This document shows positions 1 through 7,963 of a DNA stretch of 32,000 nucleotides, piece by piece. Positions within the stretch are counted from its first letter, which is position 1. Each line of letters begins with the position of its first letter. Source of the stretch: Pyrinomonadaceae bacterium (GTDB lineage: Bacteria > Acidobacteriota > Blastocatellia > Pyrinomonadales > Pyrinomonadaceae). A model generated the notes under the pieces. It did not search any database. It was not told where the DNA came from and saw only the letters and a list, made by a program, of their open reading frames with translations. The position numbers and the translations under genes are program-made. The stretch is taken from positions 30,330 to 62,329 of the forward strand of contig JAIBCC010000002.1 in NCBI GenBank assembly GCA_019694395.1, read 5' to 3'.

Positions 1-873
1 ACCGAGGCTTCCCCCGAAAATATGTTGAACGAATTGTTCTTTTGGAGTTTTGGCTAAGGTTCCGGCGTAGCTTTTCGCATTGAAACGCGGTGTTTGATAG
101 AACTCAAACAAATTTCCGTGAAACTCGTTGGTTCCTGATTTTGTAACCAAAGTCACATTTGCGCCGCTGCTTCTGCCTAATTCTGCCGTAAAATTACTGG
201 TTACGATTTGAAATTCCTGAACTGAATCGGGATTAGGTCTCAAAGGCGTAAAATTTGAACCGCCGGCGGTTGATTCATTAATATCAATTCCGTCCAAAGT
301 AAAGTTAAATGCCCGATCACGTGAACCGTGAACATTTACCGCACCGCCCGTGTTTCCACCAAATACCACGCCCGGTTGGAAGTTTAAGAGATCCAATGGA
401 TTTCTACCTCTAACTCCAACAATCGGAATGCTTTCCAAAGTTTTCTGGTCAATGGTGCTGCCCAGGTTACCGGAAGTGCTTGTTTGAACCTGTTCGACGG
501 TTGCCTGAACATTGATTTCCGCCGAAACATCCCCAACTTGCATAACTGCGTTTACAGTTGCCGGTTGGTTAATATTAATTGAGTTTCCTCTTGAAATGAA
601 TTTTTTAAATCCTTGTTTTTCAATGGTTACTTGGTATGTTCCGACTTGCAGCAAATCGAAGGTATATGTTCCGCTTTCACTTGACACCGTGGTCAATGAA
701 ATTTTCGTTCCTTCATTTGTTAGGGTAATTGTAGCCCCGGCGACAATTGCCCCGTTACTGTCCGTCACAACTCCGGTAATACGGGATGTTGTTCCCTGCC
801 CAAATGTAACAAACACAAAGGTTAAAACACAAAGAAACGAAAAAAGCGGAGTTAAAATAGATTTTTTTAGCAT
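1..873 (-). CDS. TonB-dependent receptor, N-terminal part (signal peptide, carboxypeptidase-regulatory-like domain, start of plug); C-terminal part lies beyond the left edge
   Basis: Not in the ORF track because it is truncated by the window edge. The reverse strand is open from ATG 873-871, with GGAG at 883-880. Translation: MLKKSILTPLFSFLCVLTFVFVTFGQGTTSRITGVVTDSNGAIVAGATITLTNEGTKISLTTVSSESGTYTFDLLQVGTYQVTIEKQGFKKF...TLESIPIVGVRGRNPLDLLNFQPGV...VHGSRDRAFNFTLDGIDINE...TLVTKSGTNEFHG. This is the typical CarboxypepD_reg + plug pattern of acidobacterial-type TBDRs. Confidence 0.8.
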   Translation of the reverse strand, partial: MLKKSILTPLFSFLCVLTFVFVTFGQGTTSRITGVVTDSNGAIVAGATITLTNEGTKISLTTVSSESGTYTFDLLQVGTYQVTIEKQGFKKFISRGNSININQPATVNAVMQVGDVSAEINVQATVEQVQTSTSGNLGSTIDQKTLESIPIVGVRGRNPLDLLNFQPGVVFGGNTGGAVNVHGSRDRAFNFTLDGIDINESTAGGSNFTPLRPNPDSVQEFQIVTSNFTAELGRSSGANVTLVTKSGTNEFHGNLFEFYQTPRFNAKSYAGTLAKTPKEQFVQHIFGGSLG

Positions 874-1096
874 CTTTTTCTCCTAAACTAATAAAAATTG
901 TAAAATTGGCTTTTAGCCAAGAAGTATAGCAAGTGTGATTTTACTATTAGCAATTATTATTGATTTCTGAAAATTGTCAATAAATTTCTAACTCAAAAAT
1001 TATTTTTAATCCGATATTTTCGATTATTTTCCAATTTGACTCTTAAACGCTTAAAACGTAATCTTGAGCCTTTGATGGATTGTTTTTGGTGAATAT

Positions 1097-2755
1097 ATGA
1101 AAAGTTTTCGTTTAATTTTTACGCTAGCCCTGATTTTTTGTTTCAAAGTTTATTTAACCACGGAGACAATTGCCCAAACCGGTCCGATTACCCGTGCCGA
1201 AACTCTTCGCGGTTCGATCACTCCCGAACGTGAATGGTGGGATTTACAGCATTATGATTTATCAGTTCAATTTTTCCCGGAAAACCGCACCATTAAAGGC
1301 TCAAACGTGATTTCTTTTAAAACTGTTAAAGCCGGAAATAAAATGCAGATTGATCTGCAAACTCCCCTTAATATGACTAAAATCACTCACGGTTCAGCGG
1401 AATTAAAATTTGAACGCGAAGGCAATGTTTATTGGGTTTATCTGGACAAAGAATTGCCGAAAGGAGTTGATGACAGCATAACTGTTTATTGGGAAGGCAG
1501 ACCGCAAGTTAGTCAAAACCCACCCTGGAGCGGCGGAATTACTTGGGGACGTGATGATTTAGGCGAACATTTTATCACCACAACTTGCCAAGGAATCGGC
1601 GCGAGTATTTGGTGGGCAAATAAAGACCACGGAGCAGATGAACCCGACAAAGGAATGAATATCAACATTACCGTTCCTGAAAATCTGGTTGCAGTTTCCA
1701 ATGGTCGTTTGAAAAAAGTTGACGCAAATATTGCCGATAAAACAAAGACCTATCATTGGCAAGTGACAAATCCAATCAACAATTACGGCGTTAATGCAAA
1801 CATCGGAAATTACGTCCATTGGGAAGAAAAATTCAAAGGTTTAGGCGGCGATTTGGATTTGCAATACTGGACTCTGCCTCATCAAAAAGAAGCAGCGATG
1901 AAACAATTCAAAGAAGTTCCGCGAATGCTCGAAGCCTTTGAGCATTGGTTCGGCAAATATCCCTGGTATGAAGACGGTTACAAACTAGTTACCGTTTCCT
2001 ATGCCGGAATGGAACATCAAAGTTCAGTGACTTACGGAAACTGGTTTCGCAACGGGTATCGCGGGCGCGATGTGAGTTTTACGGGAATCGGCTACAAATT
2101 CGATTTCATCATAGTTCACGAATCCGGTCACGAATGGTTCGGCAACAATATTTCAATGAAAGATGCCGCCGATATGTGGATTCACGAAGGCTTTACAAAT
2201 TATTCGGAAAATCTTTTTGTTGAATACTGGTTCGGCAAAAAAGATGGCGAAGATTACGTCATCGGCAGCCGCAAAAATATCCGCAATGATTCAACCATCA
2301 TCGGCACCTACAACTCCAACCGTGAAGGTTCGGGCGATATGTATTACAAAAGCGGGAATATGCTCCACACCATTCGAAGCATCATCAACAACGATGAAAA
2401 ATGGCGTGCAATTTTGCAGGGCTTAAACAAAGAATTCTGGCATCAAACCGTGACGACTCAACAAGTTGAGAATTATATTTCCCAACAAGCCGGAATTGAT
2501 CTAAGCAAAGTCTTTGACCAATATCTACGCACAACCAAAATTCCTTTGCTTCAATACAAAATTGACGGCGATAAATTAACAGTAAAATATGACAGAGTTG
2601 TTCCAGGTTTTGCGATGCCGATTCGGGCAACTCTTAATGGCAAAGAGGTTATCATCAAACCAACCGAAACCGTTCAAACCATAATGTATCCCGAAGAACT
2701 TAAAACATTTGTAGTAAATCGGAATTTTTATATCGAAACCGAATTGATGAAGTAA
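1097..2755 (+). CDS. secreted M1-family zinc metallopeptidase
   Basis: N-terminal signal peptide (MKSFRLIFTLALIFCFKVYLTTETIAQ). HEXXH-X18-E zinc site (VHESGHEWFGNNISMKDAADMWIHEGFTNY). GxMEN-like exopeptidase motif variant (YAGMEHQ). Confidence 0.85.
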   Translation: MKSFRLIFTLALIFCFKVYLTTETIAQTGPITRAETLRGSITPEREWWDLQHYDLSVQFFPENRTIKGSNVISFKTVKAGNKMQIDLQTPLNMTKITHGSAELKFEREGNVYWVYLDKELPKGVDDSITVYWEGRPQVSQNPPWSGGITWGRDDLGEHFITTTCQGIGASIWWANKDHGADEPDKGMNINITVPENLVAVSNGRLKKVDANIADKTKTYHWQVTNPINNYGVNANIGNYVHWEEKFKGLGGDLDLQYWTLPHQKEAAMKQFKEVPRMLEAFEHWFGKYPWYEDGYKLVTVSYAGMEHQSSVTYGNWFRNGYRGRDVSFTGIGYKFDFIIVHESGHEWFGNNISMKDAADMWIHEGFTNYSENLFVEYWFGKKDGEDYVIGSRKNIRNDSTIIGTYNSNREGSGDMYYKSGNMLHTIRSIINNDEKWRAILQGLNKEFWHQTVTTQQVENYISQQAGIDLSKVFDQYLRTTKIPLLQYKIDGDKLTVKYDRVVPGFAMPIRATLNGKEVIIKPTETVQTIMYPEELKTFVVNRNFYIETELMK

Positions 2756-2892
2756 TTGTAAGGTCAAATACTATTTGACTTGTAAATATCGAAAATATAA
2801 ACTTTAAATTTCAAACGTGGTGAGTTATTGCGACTTGCGACCACGCTAAATAAACCGCTAAACAGCTATGAGTTTTAGTTAAAGTTTGATGG

Positions 2893-2925
2893 AAACTCTG
2901 TGTTGTTTGGCACAGAGTTTTTTTG
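2893..2925 (+). terminator. intrinsic terminator hairpin (aaactctgtg / cacagagttt) followed by a T-run
   Basis: A 10-bp perfect stem pairs 2893-2902 with 2911-2920 around an 8-nt loop. The T-tract runs through 2925. It lies 138 nt after the M1 peptidase stop and 38 nt before the next ATG. Confidence 0.6.
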
Positions 2926-2962
2926 ATTTTGAATCAAAGATAACAAATGGCAAATTTATTTT

Positions 2963-3496
2963 ATGATTTTGTTCATAAACGGTTCATTTGGAGTTGGCAA
3001 AACCACAGTTGGGCGAATTTTGAAAAAACAGATTAAAGGAAGTGTTTTATATAATCCCGAATGGTTTGGTTCTGTCCTAATGCGACTTCCAATTAATTTT
3101 CGTGGAAGTGGAACGGATGATTTTCAAGATTTAGATTTATGGCGAAAATCAGTCGTTTACGGCATTAAACTGTTTCGCTTTTTTGCCCGTGAAACTGTTA
3201 TCGTTCCGATGGCTTTTAGCCGCAAAGATTATTTTGAAGAAATACTGAGGGAAATTAGTCAGTTTGATAATAAAATTAGAATTTTTTGTTTAAAAGCCGG
3301 TTTTGAAATAATTGTGAAACGGCTTCAACATCGCGGCGAAAAAATCGAAGAAAGCGAAAATAACTGGACAATTCGTAAAGCCCGTATTTGCCTAAAGGCA
3401 CATAAAAATGATTTTTTCGGTGAAAGTATTGATACAACTGGGATAAATGCAGGCGAAGTGGCGGCTGAAATTCTAAAAAGAATGAGCAAAACCTAA
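2963..3496 (+). CDS. P-loop NTPase / small-molecule kinase-like protein (AAA_33 / TmrB-like)
   Basis: Walker A motif at the N-terminus (MILFINGSFGVGKTTVG). About 177 aa, the size typical of the family. Only 15 nt upstream of metH, so probably co-transcribed with it. Confidence 0.55.
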   Translation: MILFINGSFGVGKTTVGRILKKQIKGSVLYNPEWFGSVLMRLPINFRGSGTDDFQDLDLWRKSVVYGIKLFRFFARETVIVPMAFSRKDYFEEILREISQFDNKIRIFCLKAGFEIIVKRLQHRGEKIEESENNWTIRKARICLKAHKNDFFGESIDTTGINAGEVAAEILKRMSKT

Positions 3497-3511
3497 ATAA
3501 AATTTAACGAT

Positions 3512-6500
3512 ATGAGCAATAATTTTTTAGATTTATTAAAAGAAAGAGTCATCGTTTTTGACGGTGCGATGGGAAGCAATCTGCAATCCCAGAATTTGAC
3601 GATTGATGATTGGGGCGGTCCGAATTTTGAAAATTGTTCGGAAAATCTGCTTTACACAAAGCCCGAAGCGATTGAAAAAGTCCACACGGGATTTTTGGAA
3701 ATCGGCTGCGATGTGATCGAAACCAACTCTTTCGGCGGCGGCGAAGTCGTTTTGCAGGAATTTGGGATTGCGGATAAAGCGTATGATGTCAATAAATTAG
3801 CCGCGAGTTTTGCCAAAAATCTGGCGAATCAATATTCGACCAAAGCAAAACCGCGTTTCGTTGCAGGCTCAATCGGACCGGGGACGAAATTGCCGACGCT
3901 CGGACATATCACCTACGAAGATTTGAAAAAATCTTACGTTCAGCAAGTTCACGGACTTTATGACGGCGGCGTTGATATGTTCGTCGTCGAAACTTGTCAG
4001 GACATTTTGCAGACCAAAGCCGCACTCGCCGCGATTTTTGATTTTTTCAAAGAAAAACGAGTCAAAATTCCCGTTATTGCTCAGGTGACGATTGAAACTT
4101 TCGGCACGATGCTCAACGGAACGGAAATTTCCGCCGCGTTGACGGCACTCGAACCGTTCCCGATTGACGTAATCGGGATGAACTGCGGAACGGGTCCCGA
4201 TCAAATGACAGAAAACGTCAAATATTTGTGCGAAAACGCTCCGTTCTACGTTTCAGTTTTGCCGAATGCGGGTTTGCCTGAAGTGAAAGACGGACAGCAA
4301 TATTACACCGAATCGCCCGAAGATTTCGCTAAAAAGGTCGAGCATTTCGCCAAAGATTTCGGGGCAAATATCGTCGGCGGCTGCTGCGGAACTTCGTTTG
4401 AACATTTGAAAGCCGCGATTGATCGTGTCAGCCAGCTTTCGCCAAAGGAACGTAACGCCAAATTAGTTCCCTCAGCGGCTTCGATCTATTTCCAACAGCC
4501 TTACACGCAGGACAATTCGTTTTTGATCGTCGGCGAAAGAGTTAATGCTTCAGGCTCGAAAAAAATGCGTGATTTGCTCGAAGCCGAAAATTGGGACGGG
4601 CTGATCGCTTTGGCGAAAGAGCAGGAACGCGAAGGGGCGCACGTTCTGGATGTCAACGTGGATTTCGTCGGACGCGACGGCGTGGCTGATATGAACGAGT
4701 TGGTTTCAAAATTGGTCACCAACGTCAAAATTCCGCTGATGCTCGATTCAACCGAATGGGAAAAGATGGAAGCCGGATTAAAACTCGCGGGCGGAAAATG
4801 TCTTTTGAATTCAACCAATTACGAAGACGGACCGGAAAGATTTTACAAAGTTCTTGAGCTTGCCAAAGAATACGGGGCAGGCATCGTTATCGGTTTGATC
4901 GATGAAGAAGGAATGGCACGGACGGCGGAAAACAAACTAAAAATTGCCAGACGCGCCTACAAAGACGCAACCGCTTTCGGCATTCAGGCACACGATATTT
5001 TCTTTGATCCGCTTGCTTTGCCGATTTCGACCGGAATCGAAGAAGATCGTGCAAACGCGGCTGAAACCGTTGCTTCAATCAAACAAATTCACGAAGAAAT
5101 GCCCGAAGCAAATATAATCTTGGGCGTTTCTAATATTTCTTTCGGACTGAATCCTGCGGCTCGCGTCGTTTTGAACTCAATTTTCCTACACGAATGCGTC
5201 GAAGTTGGTATGAACTCGGCAATCGTTAATGCTTCTAAAATTCTGCCATTGAATCGGTTTAACGAACACGAAATCGAAGTCGCACTTGATTTGATCTACG
5301 ACCGACGCAAATTTGAAGGTGACATTTGCACATACGATCCGCTCGGGGAATTCACGACTTTGTTTGAAGGAAAAACCGCAAAGTCAATGAAGGCAGATAT
5401 TTCCAATCTTCCCATCGAAGAAAAATTGCAAAGACACATCATTGACGGCGAAAAAATTGGTCTTGAAGATACTCTCAAAGCCGCACTCGAAAAATATGAA
5501 CCGCTCGACATTATCAACACCCATCTTCTGGGCGGTATGAAGGTTGTCGGTGACCTTTTCGGTTCGGGACAGATGCAACTTCCCTTCGTTTTGCAATCTG
5601 CTGAGGCGATGAAAACTGCCGTTAAATTCCTCGAACCATTTATGGAAAAGGTTGAAGGCTCAGGCAAAGGTAAGATGATTTTGGCGACGGTCAAAGGCGA
5701 CGTTCACGACATCGGCAAAAATCTGGTTGATATTATTTTGACCAATAACGGCTATGACGTTGTAAATTTGGGAATTAAACAAGGCATTGACGAAATTCTG
5801 CACGCTTATCAGCAACACAAAGGCGATGCGATCGGGATGTCCGGTTTGCTCGTCAAATCAACTCTGATTATGCGTGATAATCTCGAAATTATGAACGAAC
5901 GCGGCATCAATGTTCCGGTAATTTTGGGTGGTGCGGCGTTGAATCGTAAATATGTTGATAACGATTTAGTGCCAATCTACAACGGCAAATTGTTTTATGC
6001 CCGTGATGCTTTTGATGGACTTCACGCGATGGATTCTTTAACTCAGAAGGGTTCAACCACAGAGAACACAGAGTTCACAGAGAAGGCGAAAGCGGTTTCT
6101 GCTGGTTCAGATGAAGTTATCCAAACTGTTGATGATGTTGAGGATTTGGTCGGTGAAGATGCAAAACTCGGGATGAAAGCCGCAACGGTGCATCAGAAAA
6201 AATCGGCTCTTGATTCAACTCATACTACTAAATCCGACGTTAAACCTGCCGAAATTATTCCAGCCGCACCGTTCTACGGCTCAAAAGTTGTGGAAATCAC
6301 CGATTTGAATAAAGTCTTTGAATTCATCAACGAAACTGCCCTTTTCAAAGGTCAATGGCAATACAAACAGGGCAAAAAATCGAAGGAAGAATACGCAGAG
6401 ATTTTGGAAAAAGAGGTTTATCCTAAATTCAAAGCGATCAAAGCACAGGCGATTCGTGAAAAACTGCTCGAAGCAAAATTAGTTTACGGCTACTTCCCTT

Positions 6501-7054
6501 GCCATTCGGAAGGAAACGATTTGATTATTTTGCAGGACGATGAAAAAACCGAAAGATTGCGTTTCACTTTCCCTCGTCAACCTCTTGAACAACGCGGCAG
6601 TAAAAACTTATGTTTAGCCGATTATTTCTCGTCGGATAAAACTGATGTCGTTGCGTTTCAATTAGTTACGATGGGAAGAAAGGCTTCGGAACACGCCGCT
6701 CAGCTTTTCAAATCTGATAATTACACCGATTATCTTTTGTTCCACGGACTTTCGGTTGAATCGGCGGAAGCACTCGCCGAAATGTGGCACAAACGCGTCC
6801 GCGAAGAACTCGGCTTTGCCCAAAATGATGCCAAAGATTTAGCCAAACTTTTCCATCAAGGCTATCAAGGTTCGCGTTACAGCTTCGGTTATCCGGCGTG
6901 TCCGAATCTCGAAGATCAGACAAAACTTTTTGAACTGCTTCAACCCGAAAGAATTGATGTCGAATTATCGGAAGAATTTCAGCTTCATCCCGAACAATCA
7001 ACTTCAGCGATAATCGTCCATCATCCGGAGGCGAAATATTTTAACGTGGAGTAG
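3512..7054 (+). CDS. metH: cobalamin-dependent methionine synthase
   Basis: All four modules are recognisable. Hcy-binding barrel (GGCCGT). Pterin-binding barrel. B12-binding DxHxxG...SxL...GG signature (GDVHDIGKN, MSGLL, ILGGAAL). C-terminal AdoMet reactivation domain (RYSFGYPACPNLEDQ). Confidence 0.95.
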   Translation: MSNNFLDLLKERVIVFDGAMGSNLQSQNLTIDDWGGPNFENCSENLLYTKPEAIEKVHTGFLEIGCDVIETNSFGGGEVVLQEFGIADKAYDVNKLAASFAKNLANQYSTKAKPRFVAGSIGPGTKLPTLGHITYEDLKKSYVQQVHGLYDGGVDMFVVETCQDILQTKAALAAIFDFFKEKRVKIPVIAQVTIETFGTMLNGTEISAALTALEPFPIDVIGMNCGTGPDQMTENVKYLCENAPFYVSVLPNAGLPEVKDGQQYYTESPEDFAKKVEHFAKDFGANIVGGCCGTSFEHLKAAIDRVSQLSPKERNAKLVPSAASIYFQQPYTQDNSFLIVGERVNASGSKKMRDLLEAENWDGLIALAKEQEREGAHVLDVNVDFVGRDGVADMNELVSKLVTNVKIPLMLDSTEWEKMEAGLKLAGGKCLLNSTNYEDGPERFYKVLELAKEYGAGIVIGLIDEEGMARTAENKLKIARRAYKDATAFGIQAHDIFFDPLALPISTGIEEDRANAAETVASIKQIHEEMPEANIILGVSNISFGLNPAARVVLNSIFLHECVEVGMNSAIVNASKILPLNRFNEHEIEVALDLIYDRRKFEGDICTYDPLGEFTTLFEGKTAKSMKADISNLPIEEKLQRHIIDGEKIGLEDTLKAALEKYEPLDIINTHLLGGMKVVGDLFGSGQMQLPFVLQSAEAMKTAVKFLEPFMEKVEGSGKGKMILATVKGDVHDIGKNLVDIILTNNGYDVVNLGIKQGIDEILHAYQQHKGDAIGMSGLLVKSTLIMRDNLEIMNERGINVPVILGGAALNRKYVDNDLVPIYNGKLFYARDAFDGLHAMDSLTQKGSTTENTEFTEKAKAVSAGSDEVIQTVDDVEDLVGEDAKLGMKAATVHQKKSALDSTHTTKSDVKPAEIIPAAPFYGSKVVEITDLNKVFEFINETALFKGQWQYKQGKKSKEEYAEILEKEVYPKFKAIKAQAIREKLLEAKLVYGYFPCHSEGNDLIILQDDEKTERLRFTFPRQPLEQRGSKNLCLADYFSSDKTDVVAFQLVTMGRKASEHAAQLFKSDNYTDYLLFHGLSVESAEALAEMWHKRVREELGFAQNDAKDLAKLFHQGYQGSRYSFGYPACPNLEDQTKLFELLQPERIDVELSEEFQLHPEQSTSAIIVHHPEAKYFNVE

Positions 7055-7057
7055 GAA

Positions 7058-7090
7058 TTAGCCACGAATTAACACGAATTTTCACGAATT
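7058..7090 (-). repeat. copy A of the 33-bp phased-octamer module (ttagcCACGAATTaaCACGAATTttCACGAATT), inverted relative to copies B and C
   Basis: Three CACGAATT octamers at 7063-7070, 7073-7080 and 7083-7090, an exact 10-bp period. The reverse complement matches copy B at 29 of 33 positions. All four mismatches fall in the 2-nt spacers. Confidence 0.9.
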
Positions 7091-7181
7091 ATTTTTTTTT
7101 GTTTTTGCATGATTTAAAGTGTTGTATGCTTGAATAATTTAGACGAATTTTAAAAATCAAGGTTAATTTTAGTATTTAAAA

Positions 7182-7214
7182 AATTCGTGTTAATTCGTGC
7201 AAATTCGTGGCTAA
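7182..7214 (+). repeat. copy B of the 33-bp phased-octamer module (AATTCGTGttAATTCGTGcaAATTCGTGgctaa)
   Basis: Octamers at 7182-7189, 7192-7199 and 7202-7209. The module ends 14 nt before the ATG at 7229. Confidence 0.9.
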
Positions 7215-7228
7215 AACCTCTTAAATTT

Positions 7229-7597
7229 ATGGAAATACTTCACAAAGACCTATCATATAAAATCGTTGGTTTGGCTATGCAAATTCACCGTGAGTTGGGT
7301 TACGGATTCCTCGAAAAGGTTTATGAAAATTCTTTGATGATTTTGTTGCGGGAGAATAAAATTAAAGCCGAGCAGCAAGTTCCGATCAAAGTCAATTTTC
7401 ACGGGCAAATTGTCGGTGATTACATTGCTGATATTGTAGTTGAAGACTCAATAATTTTGGAGCTAAAAGTGATTGATAAAATTACAAAATTCCAAATTGC
7501 TCAAACAATCAATTACTTAAAAGCTACTGATCTTAAACTTGCTCTGTTGATAAATTTCGGCAAAACAAGTCTCGAACACGAAAGAATTGTTTTATAA
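7229..7597 (+). CDS. GxxExxY family protein (PDDEXK_3 / PD-(D/E)XK nuclease-like fold), function unknown
   Basis: MEILHKDLSYKIVGLAMQIHRELGYGFLEKVYENSL...DYIADIVVEDSIILELKV...INYLKATDLKLALLINFG. The GxxExxY motif is GFLEKVY, and the D...ELK core is nuclease-like. I place the start at ATG 7229. The track start at 7187 only adds a translation of repeat copy B (LIRANSWL). Confidence 0.8.
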   Translation: MEILHKDLSYKIVGLAMQIHRELGYGFLEKVYENSLMILLRENKIKAEQQVPIKVNFHGQIVGDYIADIVVEDSIILELKVIDKITKFQIAQTINYLKATDLKLALLINFGKTSLEHERIVL

Positions 7598-7628
7598 TTC
7601 GTGTCAATTCGTGTTAATTTGTGGCTAT
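7596..7628 (+). repeat. copy C of the 33-bp phased-octamer module (AATTCGTGtcAATTCGTGttAATTTGTGgctat)
   Basis: Direct repeat of copy B, 28 of 33 identical. It begins on the stop codon of the GxxExxY gene (TAA 7595-7597). Its 3' end creates a perfect TATAAT at 7626-7631, 12 nt before the next ATG. Confidence 0.9.
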
Positions 7629-7642
7629 AATTCCCTATACTT

Positions 7643-7951
7643 ATGGATATTTACTCAAAAGCAACATTTTTATCTGAATTTCTTCCCAAAAATTTGGGAA
7701 AACATCATCAGAAACACGAATGGATCTTTGCCGAATATTTTGAGCATCCCGAACAACGCGAGGACAAAAAGTCTTATCGGGCTTTTGTTTTTCGTAATAA
7801 ATCGCGGACGGTTTACGGTCTTAAAGAATTTTACAATGACGCGAAAACTGATTTTCGGGCGTTAGCGGCGAAGGTAGTGACGGATGAGAGATTTCGTGAA
7901 AGTTTTATTACGGATGATGAGGATTTACCAAAAATTTGGAAGCGGCATTAA
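7643..7951 (+). CDS. hypothetical protein (102 aa, charged, no recognisable motif)
   Basis: Intact ORF with an ATG start, and 12 nt upstream of the next ORF on the same strand. I recognise no family. Confidence 0.45.
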   Translation: MDIYSKATFLSEFLPKNLGKHHQKHEWIFAEYFEHPEQREDKKSYRAFVFRNKSRTVYGLKEFYNDAKTDFRALAAKVVTDERFRESFITDDEDLPKIWKRH

Positions 7952-7963
7952 GAGCATTCAATT

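Noticed and set aside
512-886. Track ORF of 124 aa on the plus strand
   Set aside because: It is the antisense shadow of the much longer minus-strand TonB-dependent receptor ORF (1-873). That ORF has a signal peptide, an RBS and clear family motifs. The plus-strand product has no features.
3869-7001. Several minus-strand track ORFs inside metH (3869-4204, 4501-4818, 4887-5078, 5296-5694, 5384-5596, 6708-7001)
   Set aside because: They are antisense shadows of a confidently identified 1180-aa gene and have no motifs.
7187-7228. N-terminal extension MLIRANSWLKPLKF of the GxxExxY ORF
   Set aside because: It is merely a translation of repeat copy B (aattcgtg units) from a GTG start. The conserved family N-terminus begins at ATG 7229.
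7058-7628. Possibility that the AATTCGTG arrays are a CRISPR array or a transposon with terminal inverted repeats
   Set aside because: The units are 8 bp with 2-bp spacers, far too short for CRISPR repeats and spacers. No cas, transposase or integrase gene is present, and I could not identify target-site duplications.
7587-7865. Track ORF of 92 aa starting inside repeat copy C
   Set aside because: It begins in the repeat, overlaps the better-supported ORF at 7643-7951 in another frame, and has a non-protein-like composition.
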